Source: an uncultured Armatimonadetes bacterium (lineage in GTDB: Bacteria > Armatimonadota > UBA5829 > DTJY01). Taken from it: a DNA stretch of 64,000 nt. Each line of letters opens with the position of its first letter. The first letter of the stretch is position 1. This document shows positions 18,584 through 28,642 of the stretch, piece by piece. The notes beneath the pieces are model-generated. The model did no database searches, was not told the DNA's origin, and saw only the letters and a list, made by a program, of their open reading frames with translations. Both the position numbers and the translations under genes were made by a program. Location: the NCBI GenBank assembly GCA_963717145.1, contig OY970325.1, forward strand, positions 3,360,001 through 3,424,000, written 5' to 3'.

Positions 18584-20560
18584 TCAGAAAATGAAGGTCC
18601 TGTACGTGCTGATGCCGAGAGCCCAGCCGATGAGCGACCAGATCGAGGCCACCACGTAATCCCCCAGGATCAACCCCATGAAGAACGGGAGCGCCATCCG
18701 ATAGCCCTTCACCCCACCGTAGCGCACGACCCAGAACTTGATGAACCAGCCGCATAGGATCGCGCTCCAGAAATACTCCAGCGCGTAGGAGTTCGCCAGC
18801 GCGTATCCGATCGGGTGGAACGGCCACCAGACCAGCCTCGACTTCGCCAGCGCCAGGAGAAGGGTCGCTCCCGCGCCGACCCCGCTGTACGCGAGCGCCA
18901 TCCAGTCGGTCTTCTGCGGATTATCGACCCACCCCTGCAGACGGTTGAACGCCTCCCGCCCGATGCCTGTCGAGTACGACATGATGTGCCCGGTCGCCTC
19001 GCCGTTCTTGTAGAAGATCGTCATCAGCGCCCAGAGCGACGCCACCGTGCCGACGACGGTCGCCAACAGGATCGCCACGAGCAGTCGCTTCGGCTCCATG
19101 TGCGACTCCTTGCCGATCTTCATCGCCTCCAACTGGTGCGGCATCGGGTGCGACCGGTAGCCCCGGTTGAACCAGAACATGTACGAAAGCAAGGTGAGAT
19201 TTTGCGCGCCGATCGCCTGAGTGCCGAAGATCTGGACCATGAACCTCTCGGGGTTGACCCAGTTCAGCTCGTGGGCCGGCGGTCCGAGTTCCGCCCGGAC
19301 GCGCGTGATTCCGACCGACAGGATGAAGTAGAAGCCGAAGTAGATGAACGGGAGCCAGAGCGACATTCCCATCATGCCGCACATGAACACCAGCACCATC
19401 AGCCCGAGTCCGACGCCGACGACCGCTGAGCGGTATGTCATCCCGGCATCGGGGTCGTCCTCACCACCGCGACCGAAGGCCGTCCGGAACACTGAGGCGA
19501 AGTGCTTCCGTGAGAGCCAGATCAGCGCGATCGAGAGGCCGATCCATGCGCCCGTGCCCTGCTCCGCGACGTATGGAATGCGGGCGATCGACGGCGGCGC
19601 CCCGGCATCTCGGAATCCCATCGACACGCATCCCACATCTATCAGTTTGCGCAGGATGTAGAAGAACCAGCACGAGAACGAGAGGTCTAGTGGCAAGAAG
19701 AACGCGATTCCGATGGCAAAGGGGAAGAATCCGATCGGCAGCCACCCGACGCCGTTCCAGGGCTGGCCGACGAAGTACTGGCCGACGTTCTGCAGCTTCA
19801 AGTGCATCGTGGGGACATTGGGGTAGAAGTAGCCCAGGCTGTTGATGCTCTGGATGATCATCGGGATCGCGAACCCGATCCACATGAGCTTGTTGCGGAA
19901 GAACCCCGGATCGCTGCCGGTCACGGTCATGGGGATCTGGACGATGGGATACGTCAGACGCTCGCGCTCGGTCCACTGCTTGCGGACAAGGACGTTGAGG
20001 CAGAGCATCATGAACGTCAGGACGAGCACAAAGCATATCCAGAAGAGCAGCGGGATCAGCCACGCCTGGAAGTTCTCCGGCGCGAAGAAGCTTGAGTTGC
20101 CGATGTAGTATCCCTTCAACGCATCCCGGCTGTGGGGGGCCATCCATTTCGGCACATAAGACCAGAACCGCGTGAATCCGTTGCTCGGATCGTTGAACCA
20201 GAAGAGGTATCCGAGGACCGGCGGGAGGTTCTCGAGCGAGTCCCGGCCCATGATCGCCGACGCGATGCTCAGCATGACATAGACCACCATCAACTCGGCC
20301 TGAGTGAGCGCATTCTCAGGGAACCGCCTCTTCACCACAGCGTTCAGGCCCGTGAGGACAAGCAGGAGGAATATCACGTGGAAGAAGAGACTGACGCAGG
20401 TCGTGTCGAGCGAGTTCCACTGGACCTCCATGACGGCCATCCAGTAGGAGTTGAGCGGAATGAGCAGCAGCCCCAGGATGATGACCCTGGTGCTGACGAC
20501 ATGCCGGCGTCTGGGTTGCGTTTCCTCGGTTATGGTCTGAGGCGTTGTCTCAGTGCTCAA
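18584..20560 (-). CDS. DUF6785/DUF6784-type polytopic membrane protein
   Basis: RKQWTERERLTYP, WWPFHPIGYA; start set at TTG 20560 after GAGGGAG because the longer ORF begins in an octamer repeat. Confidence 0.8.
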   Translation of the reverse strand: MSTETTPQTITEETQPRRRHVVSTRVIILGLLLIPLNSYWMAVMEVQWNSLDTTCVSLFFHVIFLLLVLTGLNAVVKRRFPENALTQAELMVVYVMLSIASAIMGRDSLENLPPVLGYLFWFNDPSNGFTRFWSYVPKWMAPHSRDALKGYYIGNSSFFAPENFQAWLIPLLFWICFVLVLTFMMLCLNVLVRKQWTERERLTYPIVQIPMTVTGSDPGFFRNKLMWIGFAIPMIIQSINSLGYFYPNVPTMHLKLQNVGQYFVGQPWNGVGWLPIGFFPFAIGIAFFLPLDLSFSCWFFYILRKLIDVGCVSMGFRDAGAPPSIARIPYVAEQGTGAWIGLSIALIWLSRKHFASVFRTAFGRGGEDDPDAGMTYRSAVVGVGLGLMVLVFMCGMMGMSLWLPFIYFGFYFILSVGITRVRAELGPPAHELNWVNPERFMVQIFGTQAIGAQNLTLLSYMFWFNRGYRSHPMPHQLEAMKIGKESHMEPKRLLVAILLATVVGTVASLWALMTIFYKNGEATGHIMSYSTGIGREAFNRLQGWVDNPQKTDWMALAYSGVGAGATLLLALAKSRLVWWPFHPIGYALANSYALEYFWSAILCGWFIKFWVVRYGGVKGYRMALPFFMGLILGDYVVASIWSLIGWALGISTYRTFIF

Positions 20561-20611
20561 TGCGCGCTCCCTCGGGTGGTAGTATTCGAGGGAGAGGGCG
20601 CGGATACCTTC

Positions 20612-20705
20612 GGAGTGTGGGGGTATGGGAGTATGGGAGTCCGGAACTCCCACACTCCCATACCCCCACACTCCCACACTCCCACACTCCCACACTCCCA
20701 CACTC
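20612..20705. repeat. Inverted octamer tandem repeat
   Basis: ggagtgtgggggtatgggagtatggg ... (cccacact)n. Confidence 0.85.
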
Positions 20706-20710
20706 AGTCT

Positions 20711-21916
20711 TCACGACATCGGCTCGGCGGCGACCGGTTCGGCGTCCCACTGGCGGACGAGGAGCGGGAAGATCGCCGCTCCGATCAGGTTCACCACCCC
20801 GACGAACAGGAACACCGACGCAAGCCCGTACACGCCCGCGATCCGGGTCGCCGCAAGAGGCGCGATCAGAGTGCCGACCATCATCGCCGACTGCTGCATC
20901 CCATACGCCCGCCCTCGGAACTCCTCATGAACCTTCGTGCAGATCAGCGCGCCGGTCGAGGGGCCGATCGACGCCATGAAGATGCCTGCCGCAAAGAAGA
21001 CCGCCGCGAAGGCCCAGATGCTGTGGATGAACGCCAGGCATAGCGCCGTCACCGCCGAGCCGATCAGCCCGATCTGAATCCCTCGCTCGTATCCGGACCT
21101 CTGACCGAATCGGGTCCACCTGTGGGCGGTCAGCATCAACGCCGCCGGTGGGAGCGAGAAGATCAAGCCGGAGAGCCAGACTGGCGCGCTGTCGCCGTTG
21201 AGCTTCGAAAGATGAAGGGCCAGGATCGGGTTGATGGAGGCGCTGTATATCCCGAACACCATGACGGTGAGCATGATCGCGCTGAGAACCTTCGAGCGCA
21301 GGGCTATGGCAAAATCCTGTACAAGGCTGGTCTGCTCGGTGATCTCGGGCTTATTCGGCTCTTTCACCAGCAGCAGGACGAGCAATGTCGAGAACAGGAC
21401 CGCCGTCCCCGAGATCCACATCGTGCCCCGGTATCCGAAGACCCCGGCCATCAGCCCGCCGATCGCCGGCCCGATGATCATCCCGGCCGCGCCATAGGAC
21501 TGCGCAGTGGCGATGTACTTCGGCGCCTCGTCCTGGGGCGTGTTAGTGGCTATGAGCGCCATCGACATCGGGACGAACCCGGTCAGCGCGCCGTTCAGGA
21601 ACCGGAGGATCGCGAGTTGGAGCGGCGTCTGGCAGATACTGGTGCCAAAGTAGATCAAGCCGAGACAGAGCCCGGCCCGAATCGCCATCGGTTTGCGCCC
21701 GTACTTGTCGCCGAGCTTGCCCCAAAGCGGCATGGTGATGATGCTGGCCGAGGACTGGAATGCGAAGACGATCCCGACCCAGGTCAGCAGGCTCGCCTTA
21801 CTGACCCCCATTTCTCTCATGAAGAGCGGCAGGAAGGGTATGACCTGGTTCCAACTCGCAGCGGTGAGGAAGATCGCAGCCGACAGTATGTACAGATTGC
21901 GGCGGTAGTATGGCAT
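20711..21916 (-). CDS. MFS transporter (DHA1/MdtG-like)
   Basis: WGKLGDKYGRKPM motif A; about 12 TM segments. Confidence 0.9.
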   Translation of the reverse strand: MPYYRRNLYILSAAIFLTAASWNQVIPFLPLFMREMGVSKASLLTWVGIVFAFQSSASIITMPLWGKLGDKYGRKPMAIRAGLCLGLIYFGTSICQTPLQLAILRFLNGALTGFVPMSMALIATNTPQDEAPKYIATAQSYGAAGMIIGPAIGGLMAGVFGYRGTMWISGTAVLFSTLLVLLLVKEPNKPEITEQTSLVQDFAIALRSKVLSAIMLTVMVFGIYSASINPILALHLSKLNGDSAPVWLSGLIFSLPPAALMLTAHRWTRFGQRSGYERGIQIGLIGSAVTALCLAFIHSIWAFAAVFFAAGIFMASIGPSTGALICTKVHEEFRGRAYGMQQSAMMVGTLIAPLAATRIAGVYGLASVFLFVGVVNLIGAAIFPLLVRQWDAEPVAAEPMS

Positions 21917-21959
21917 GATGAGCGAGACCCTTTGGGTACATACTTAGTGTATCATGCCC

Positions 21960-22050
21960 GTCAACCTTCGGAGTGCGGTGGCTCGACACCGCTTTGCATC
22001 GAGCTACCGCCGGCAAAGCGGTGTCGAGCCACCGCACTCCGAAGGTTGAC
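21960..22050. repeat. REP-like pair (38-bp arms) ending in outward TTGAC
   Basis: gtcaaccttcggagtgcggtggctcgacaccgctttgc and its reverse complement. Confidence 0.85.
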
Positions 22051-22074
22051 AGGGAACCGCCTGAATGTTAGACT
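22046..22074 (+). promoter_or_regulatory. Sigma70 promoter upstream of hpf
   Basis: TTGACA-17-TAGACT with TG extension. Confidence 0.6.
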
Positions 22075-22102
22075 TTGGCAGTCTAATGAGGAACAACGTG
22101 CC

Positions 22103-22172
22103 GTAGGGGCGAAGCACTGGCTTCCGTATCCGCAAAGACTCGCGCAAGCGGCAGCCAGTGCTTCGCCCCTAC
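22103..22172. repeat. GTAG-type REP pair
   Basis: gtaggggcgaagcactggct ... agccagtgcttcgcccctac. Confidence 0.8.
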
Positions 22173-22207
22173 TGTGATTCATTCATCGAAAGGAGCAGTG
22201 CTTGCCG

Positions 22208-22749
22208 ATGCGAATAACCGTCAAGGGAAAGAATATGGTGGTTACCGATGCCCTGCAGCGGTACGCCGAGAAGAAAGTCGAAAAGCTCGGCAAATACTTC
22301 GAGAACCTCAAGAGCGCGACGGTGACTCAGAGCACCCAGCGCAACTGGCATATAGTCGAAGTGAGCCTCGACGGCGACGGTGTTGTTCTCCGCGGCGAAG
22401 AGCGGTCGGACAACATGTATGCGTCGATAGATGCGGTCGTCGAGAAGCTGGAGAGTCAGATCAAGCGGTTCAAGGGGAAGTTGACGGACCGCGCACACGT
22501 GGAGCCGCCGAGGGAGACCGCCTTGGAGGAAGAGCCCGAGGAGGCGGCCGAGGCCGCTGCTCAGGGGCTGCCCGAGATCGTCCGCACCAAGCGGTTCCCG
22601 ATCAAGCCGATGACCCCCGAAGAGGCATCTCTGGAGATGGAGATGCTGAACCACGACTTCTTCGTCTTCCGCAATGGCGATACCGACGCGGTAAACGTCG
22701 TGTACAAGCGCCAGGACGGCAACTACGGCTCCTCGAGCCGGAGTTGTAG
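22208..22749 (+). CDS. hpf: Ribosome hibernation promoting factor, long form (frameshift near 22728)
   Basis: MYASIDAVVEKLESQ, KPMTPEEA, VVYKRQDGNYG; the expected LLEPEL* ending lies in another frame. Confidence 0.9.
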
Positions 22750-22807
22750 CGGAGTCGTAACCGCCGATGAACGCAGATAGACGCGGATGTCGGTGCTTGA
22801 ACGGTGT

Positions 22808-22897
22808 TCGGGCTGGAGTTGTACTCCAGCCCGCTTCACAATCGGGGAGTTGAACTCCCCATCCAGTCTCCCGGGAGGGAGTGCAACTCCCTCCCGA
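22808..22897. repeat. Cluster of three GGAGTnnnACTCC hairpins
   Basis: cgggctggagttgtactccagcccg; ggggagttgaactcccc; cgggagggagtgcaactccctcccg. Confidence 0.8.
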
Positions 22898-22924
22898 ACT
22901 GGTAGTCCCGAACGGTGGCATGCA

Positions 22925-23899
22925 ATGCCCGACGTGATCTGCCTGGGTGAGGCGCTGATAGACTTCATCCCGTTCGAGTCCGGATGCTCGCTCGAAGACG
23001 TGACGGCATTCCGAAAGGCGCCGGGCGGAGCGCCCGCCAACGTCGCCGCAGGGCTCTCGAAGCTCGGGAATCCGAGCGCATTCATCGGCAAGGTCGGCGA
23101 CGACCCATTCGGTCACTTCCTCGCGAACACCTTCGAGCAGCATGGCGTCGACATCAGCGGGATGCGGTTCGATAAGACCGCGCTCACTGGGCTGGCGTTC
23201 GTGTCGCTGAGTGCGGCGGGGGTGCCGGAGTTCATGTTCTATCGCAACCCGAGCGCGGATATGCTTCTCACGCCGGACGAGATCGATCGGGAGTTCATCA
23301 GGTCGGCGCGGGCATTCCACTACGGCTCGATCACCCTCATCTCAGAGCCGAGTAAGAGCGCGACCGAGACGGCGGTGAAGCACGCCCTGGACGGCGGGCT
23401 GCTCGTGTCGTACGACCCGAACCTCCGGAAGCCGCTCTGGCGGAACCTCGATCAGGCGAAGAAGCAGATGCTCGAGGCGATGGTCTGGCCGCATTTCGTG
23501 AAGGTGAGCGAAGAGGAACTCGCATTCCTCTCGGACACGCCGGACCTGTCTGACGGCTCGGAGCGCCTGATGAGCGCCTACCCGAACATCGAGCTTGTCG
23601 CCGTGACCCGCGGCGCGGAGGGATGCTATTTCCGGACGGCCCAGGTCGAGGGGAGCGCGCCGGCATTCTCCGTCGAAGTCGTGGACACTACCGGCGCGGG
23701 CGATGGGTTCGTCGCGGGCGCGCTCTCGTGCCTGCTCGATCTCACGTCGAGTCCCGACGACCTCTCGGCCCTGAGTAAGGACGACCTCGCGCGCGCATTC
23801 CGATTCGCCAACGCGGTCGCCGGCCTGACGACCACGAAGCCCGGCGCGATCACGGCTCTCCCGAGTCGGGATGATGTTGACCGGCTGCTCCATGCTTAA
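22925..23899 (+). CDS. PfkB-family carbohydrate kinase (fructokinase-like)
   Basis: GGAPANVA, YDPNLR, DTTGAGDGF. Confidence 0.92.
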   Translation: MPDVICLGEALIDFIPFESGCSLEDVTAFRKAPGGAPANVAAGLSKLGNPSAFIGKVGDDPFGHFLANTFEQHGVDISGMRFDKTALTGLAFVSLSAAGVPEFMFYRNPSADMLLTPDEIDREFIRSARAFHYGSITLISEPSKSATETAVKHALDGGLLVSYDPNLRKPLWRNLDQAKKQMLEAMVWPHFVKVSEEELAFLSDTPDLSDGSERLMSAYPNIELVAVTRGAEGCYFRTAQVEGSAPAFSVEVVDTTGAGDGFVAGALSCLLDLTSSPDDLSALSKDDLARAFRFANAVAGLTTTKPGAITALPSRDDVDRLLHA

Positions 23900-23902
23900 T
23901 GG

Positions 23903-24009
23903 GTAGGAGGGGTTTTCCGGGATGGGTGCTGAATCGAGTTCAGCATGACGTGTGGAGCTGACGTCATGCTGAACTCGATTCAGCACCCATCCCGGAAAAC
24001 CCCTCCTAC
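23903..24009. repeat. 49-bp perfect inverted repeat (GTAG end plus gtcatgctgaa core)
   Basis: Lies between convergent genes; may also act as a terminator. Confidence 0.85.
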
Positions 24010-24037
24010 GCCGCTTGTGCAGAACGGTCCCTCGGAG

Positions 24038-26320
24038 CTACGGCCCGACCACGTAGATGTGCACCGCGTAGGGCTCGAATGCATCGGTGAAGGCATCGCC
24101 GGTCACAGGTACCGTGCGGTTTTCGTTGTGAACGCCAACCCGCGAGCCGGTAACTCCCGGGCCGGAAAAACGAATCTTGATCGTCTTCTTCGCCCGGTTC
24201 ACGGCGATGATCGTCAGCTTACCATCCTGATCCTTGACTACGAAGTCCACAGGCGAATCGGCGGGCGACTTGGTAATCTTGCCACTCGCGGTCGGTGCTG
24301 TGAGAACGTCGTTCAGACCGCGCATCTCCCCGATCAACTGCTTGATGTACTCCCAGTCGCCCTCCTCGGGGTTGTTGAGGATTCCCGAAGGCTTCTTGTA
24401 GTAGTCGAGCTGACCCGAACCGGTGTAGAAGGCGACACCCTTCGCGCCGTAGACGATCGGCATGTAACACATCTGGCGGTACTCGGCCCGAGTGGGGTAC
24501 CGGCCGTCGACGCGCGGCTGCTTGTAGCACTGGATGGCGATCCAGAGCGGCTTATGGCCGGTGTACTCGGTGAGCCAGCTCGGCGGAACGAAGGTCAGGT
24601 CGTTCCTCTTCGCCGGTGCGGGCGCTTCCGGGTTCGGCTCCATCGGGATGGGATAGTACCACCAGATGCCGATGTCCATCATGCTCTCCGGGAAGAAGAA
24701 GCTCCGGTCCTTCATCAGTTCCGTGATCACCGCGCGGGTGTCGCCGAGGACGAATGGGTGATTGGGATCCATCTCCTTGACTATCCGATAGACGCCCGCG
24801 ATATTCTTGAGCGGACCCTCACCACGGGCGACGCGCTCCTCAGAGCCCCAGTAGCCGAGCCCGGGATGGTTTCGGAACGTCTCGATTCTGTGCCGGACCT
24901 GCTCCCACTTGCCCTGCTCGATGGCTTTGCGGGGCAGTTCCACCATCATCTTCAGGCCGGCCTCCGCGCTTCGGTCGAGCAGGTCCTTCAGACGGATGTC
25001 GTTCGGATTGATGGGGTCATCCGCTTCGCCCGCCACGATCGCGTAACTGTGCGACAACGAGAATCCGGCTTGCGCCATCTCGGGGAAACGTCCGGCGGCG
25101 TAGAGGCCGAGCGGGAACTGGGGTTTTCCATCGACCAGAGGATAGCCGTCCGGGCCCATGGTAATCGGCGTCCTCGGCCGGACGTGGATATCGGCCTGGC
25201 CGCCGGCGATCTCCTTAGCCTCCCCGTCGAGTAGCTTGATCTGAGCGACGAAGTCCCCGACCGCGTCCACGGGAACCCTGAGCACGCGACTGACGAAGCC
25301 GCCCTCGGATGCGTCGGCGGTTCCGCTATCGATGACGTTGCCCGACGAGTCAGCGATCGAGATCCAGACTCGGGCTCGCCCCAGTCGCTCGGGATGCGCG
25401 TTGACCTGGAAATCGAAACTGGTCGAGCCGTCGCCCTCACCTACGGCATGGTAGCACGGGCAGGCGGGATAGATGATCAACGGGGCAGCGACCGTGAAGC
25501 TGCCGGCGATCTTCCTCTCGGGTGTGCCGGATGCGCTCAGGAGTTCCAGCGAGTACTCGTGACTTCCAACTGACTTCAGATTGATCTTGAGGGGGATCCG
25601 GCTCACGGACTTGCCGGCAGCGGAAATGGGAATCTCCGATACCTGCTTGCCGATTGTGATTCTCAGCGACCCGGCCAGGGGCGATTCGCTTCGGTTATCA
25701 AGGACGGCGGTGATCGTCTGCTCTCCCACGAATGGCTTTGCCGCTTCGGCAAGCGTCAGCGAGACCTGGTTAACAGTGACGGCTGAGAGGCTGTCGAACC
25801 AGACCGTGCCTGAAGCGCGATTGAAATGAAGAAATACTTCACCGGTCGCGGCGTTGGCCGGGACATCCGCGACACCGGAGAGATGAATCCACTCGCCGGA
25901 GAGGCGCGCCGTCGGATAGACGAAGTTCCGATCGAAAACCTTGCCGCCCGCGTCTCGAAAGCTCAGCGCAAAGCCAATGGGGTCCTTCCCGCCCTTCAGG
26001 TCCTGCCCGCGCACGAAGGCCTCGAATCGTATGTCATCATAGGGGGTCGCCGGGAAAGGGGCGCTGACAACCGTGAATCGAGCCTGCTCTGAGGCAGACA
26101 GCCTGATCGAGGCGCCCCCCTCATGAGCGACAGTGGTATCGACAATCACGTTGGGCTGCCCTTCCTCGGTCTTGTAGACCCACCACCCTCCGTTGGGAAG
26201 CCCATTCACCCCGGCTCCATCCTCGAAACCGGGGTTCTTGACCAGGTTCTCCTGCGCTCCTGAGACGGATGCGATCAGGACCAGTGCCAACAGATATAGA
26301 AGCGTCACGCGGTTTCTCAT
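24038..26320 (-). CDS. Secreted protein with CBM4/9-like domain and putative glycoside hydrolase barrel
   Basis: Signal peptide, NLVKNPGFE, VDGKPQFPLGLY, GAKGVAFY. Confidence 0.65.
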   Translation of the reverse strand: MRNRVTLLYLLALVLIASVSGAQENLVKNPGFEDGAGVNGLPNGGWWVYKTEEGQPNVIVDTTVAHEGGASIRLSASEQARFTVVSAPFPATPYDDIRFEAFVRGQDLKGGKDPIGFALSFRDAGGKVFDRNFVYPTARLSGEWIHLSGVADVPANAATGEVFLHFNRASGTVWFDSLSAVTVNQVSLTLAEAAKPFVGEQTITAVLDNRSESPLAGSLRITIGKQVSEIPISAAGKSVSRIPLKINLKSVGSHEYSLELLSASGTPERKIAGSFTVAAPLIIYPACPCYHAVGEGDGSTSFDFQVNAHPERLGRARVWISIADSSGNVIDSGTADASEGGFVSRVLRVPVDAVGDFVAQIKLLDGEAKEIAGGQADIHVRPRTPITMGPDGYPLVDGKPQFPLGLYAAGRFPEMAQAGFSLSHSYAIVAGEADDPINPNDIRLKDLLDRSAEAGLKMMVELPRKAIEQGKWEQVRHRIETFRNHPGLGYWGSEERVARGEGPLKNIAGVYRIVKEMDPNHPFVLGDTRAVITELMKDRSFFFPESMMDIGIWWYYPIPMEPNPEAPAPAKRNDLTFVPPSWLTEYTGHKPLWIAIQCYKQPRVDGRYPTRAEYRQMCYMPIVYGAKGVAFYTGSGQLDYYKKPSGILNNPEEGDWEYIKQLIGEMRGLNDVLTAPTASGKITKSPADSPVDFVVKDQDGKLTIIAVNRAKKTIKIRFSGPGVTGSRVGVHNENRTVPVTGDAFTDAFEPYAVHIYVVGP

Positions 26321-26406
26321 ACTGCTGTCTTCGCCATAACCGCACGGATATCATTCTGAGTATGTTCCTGCGCAAGCGCAATTGTCTCCAACGGAAAACC
26401 CGGAAT

Positions 26407-26498
26407 ACCCCTCCCCAGCCCTCCCCGCAACGGAGAGGGAGTTGCTCGCGGCTGCCGATGGTGCTCCCTCTCCGTTGCGGGGAGGGCTGGGGAGGGGT
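26407..26498. repeat. Palindrome ccctccccagccctcccc...gagagggag
   Basis: 35-bp perfect arms; related to the in-frame ligD element. Confidence 0.85.
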
Positions 26499-26570
26499 CA
26501 TTCGGATTTTGACTTATCCTGCGCGTTGGCGGTATACTAGTCGCACATCACACGGCAAGGAGATGCTCAA

Positions 26571-27526
26571 ATGATCGTCACCACCAAGGAGCTGTTCCAG
26601 CAGGCTTACGGCAAGTATGCCCTCGGCGCTTACAACATCAACAACGCCGAGCAGACCATGGGCCTCTTCCGCGGCTACCTGGACTCGCAAGGCGCCGTTC
26701 ATCATCCAGATTTCCAAGGGCGCGCGCTCGTACACCAACAAGCTCATGCTCGAAGGCATGATCCGCGCCGCCGATCGAGATCTTCCCGGATGCGATCTTC
26801 GCGGTCCATCTCGATCACGGCGACGAGGAGACCTGCTACGACTGCATCGAGTCCGGGTTCTACTCCTCGGTCATGATCGACGCCAGCCACGAGTCGTTCG
26901 ACGAGAACATCGCGACCACCAAGCGAGTCGTCGACGCGCGCCCACGCGAAGGGCATCAGCGTCGAGGCCGAACTCGGGCAGCTCGGCGGAGTCGAGGAGC
27001 ACGTCAGCGTTTCGGAGGACAAGGCTCACCTGACCGACCCGAAGCAGGCCGCGGAGTTCATCGAGCGCTCCGGCTGCGACAGCCTGGCGTGCGCGATCGG
27101 CACCAGCCACGGCGCGTTCAAGTTCTCCGGCTCGCCAGGGGCTGCACTTCGAGGTCGTCAAGGGTATCCAGGAGCTCGTGCCCGGCTTCCCGCTGGTGCT
27201 GCACGGCTCTTCGTCGGTCCCGCAGGACGAGGTCGAGCGGATCAACGCCGCCGGCGGCGCGCTCAAGGGCGCGAAGGGCGTCGACGCCAACGCAGTATCT
27301 GCCCGCCGCCAAGCTCGGCGTCTGCAAGATCAACATCGACACCGACGGCCGCCTGGTCTGGACGCGGGTCCACCGCGAGTTCTTCCGCGACAAGCCGGAG
27401 GTCTTCGACTTCCGCCCGGTCGGCAAGGTCTTCATGGACGAGTACGCCAAGTTCATCGCCAGCCGCAACGAGCTTCTCGGCTCCGCCGGCCAGCTCGACG
27501 AGGTGCGGACAGCAATCGGCAAGTAG
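26571..27526 (+). CDS. fba: Class II fructose-bisphosphate aldolase, broken by at least 5 frameshifts (probably assembly errors)
   Basis: [37 protein letters not shown] and KINIDTD recovered across frames. Confidence 0.88.
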
Positions 27527-27541
27527 TTCGATAGCATTGTG

Positions 27542-27570
27542 GAGGGGCGGGGACATCCCCGCCCCTCTTG
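27542..27570 (+). terminator. Probable intrinsic terminator after fba
   Basis: gaggggcggg...cccgcccctc hairpin with a short T tail. Confidence 0.55.
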
Positions 27571-27688
27571 CGTCTGTGAGATCGGTCAGATCCCATTAGA
27601 TCGCCCAGCGACCGTCAGCCCTGAGTGTGCCGGGAACTCTGACCCCCGAATCTCGTCTAACCAAGTGTTACCTCATCCAGGTGAAAAC

Positions 27689-28615
27689 GTGATCGCAACC
27701 GTAACCCTTAATCCGGCGCTCGACAAGACCATCTATCTGGATCGTCTGCTACCCAATGACACCAATCGGATCAAGAAGATCGAGATGGACGTGGGCGGCA
27801 AGGGCGTTAACGCATCGCGGGTACTAAAGGAACTCGGCACTGAGACCGTCGCGCTCGGATTCCTGGGCGGTCGGACCGGACGCCAGATCGAGAACGAACT
27901 CAAGCACGATGGCGTCCCCACCGATTTCGTGTGGATCCCCGGCGAGACGCGCACCAACATTTCCGTCCAGGAGACATCCGGTGCGCCGCCCACAATGCTG
28001 AACGAACCGGGGCCGAATATCCCGGCGGGGAGTCTCGAGCGGCTCAAGGAGAAGATCTGCGCGGCGGCCCCGAAGGCGGACTTCCTCCTCTTCGGCGGCA
28101 GTCCGGCCCCCGGGGTGCCCGCGGACGTGTACTGCACGCTGGGCAAGTTGGCGATCGAGTGCGGCACGAGGGTCATCCTCGACAGCGACGGAGAGCCGAT
28201 GCGCCTGGGGATGGAATGCCGGCCGTTCATGATCAAGCCGAACAGGGACGAGGTCAGGCGCCTGGTGGGCATAGATATCAAGGATCTCGATGACGGCGCA
28301 AAGGCGCTTGGCGTTTTCCGGAACAAAGGGATCGATGTGGTGGTCATCTCTATGGGGGCAAAGGGAGCAATCGCCGGGAACGACGAGGGCGTCTGGTATG
28401 CCGTGCCCCCCGAGGTCAAGCCCGTGAGCACGATCGGCTCGGGCGATTCGATGGTGGCCGGGATCGCGCACATCCTGTCCCAGGGAGGCGACCTCGGCGA
28501 GGCGCTCCGATGGGGCTCGGCCGCCGGCGCCGCAACCGCGATGACCGACGGTACGGAGATCTGCAAGTGCCCGTTCACGTTGCTCGACCAGATCGATGTG
28601 CGGAAAATCGGGTGA
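27689..28615 (+). CDS. 1-phosphofructokinase-family hexose kinase
   Basis: TVTLNPALD, GGKGVNAS, IKPNRDE, STIGSGDS. Confidence 0.92.
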   Translation: MIATVTLNPALDKTIYLDRLLPNDTNRIKKIEMDVGGKGVNASRVLKELGTETVALGFLGGRTGRQIENELKHDGVPTDFVWIPGETRTNISVQETSGAPPTMLNEPGPNIPAGSLERLKEKICAAAPKADFLLFGGSPAPGVPADVYCTLGKLAIECGTRVILDSDGEPMRLGMECRPFMIKPNRDEVRRLVGIDIKDLDDGAKALGVFRNKGIDVVVISMGAKGAIAGNDEGVWYAVPPEVKPVSTIGSGDSMVAGIAHILSQGGDLGEALRWGSAAGAATAMTDGTEICKCPFTLLDQIDVRKIG

Positions 28616-28642
28616 GGGAATGGTTGATGGTAGATGGTTAAT

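Noticed and set aside
22050-22200. raiA-motif RNA upstream of hpf/raiA
   Set aside because: The space is accounted for by a promoter and a REP pair; too little unexplained sequence remains
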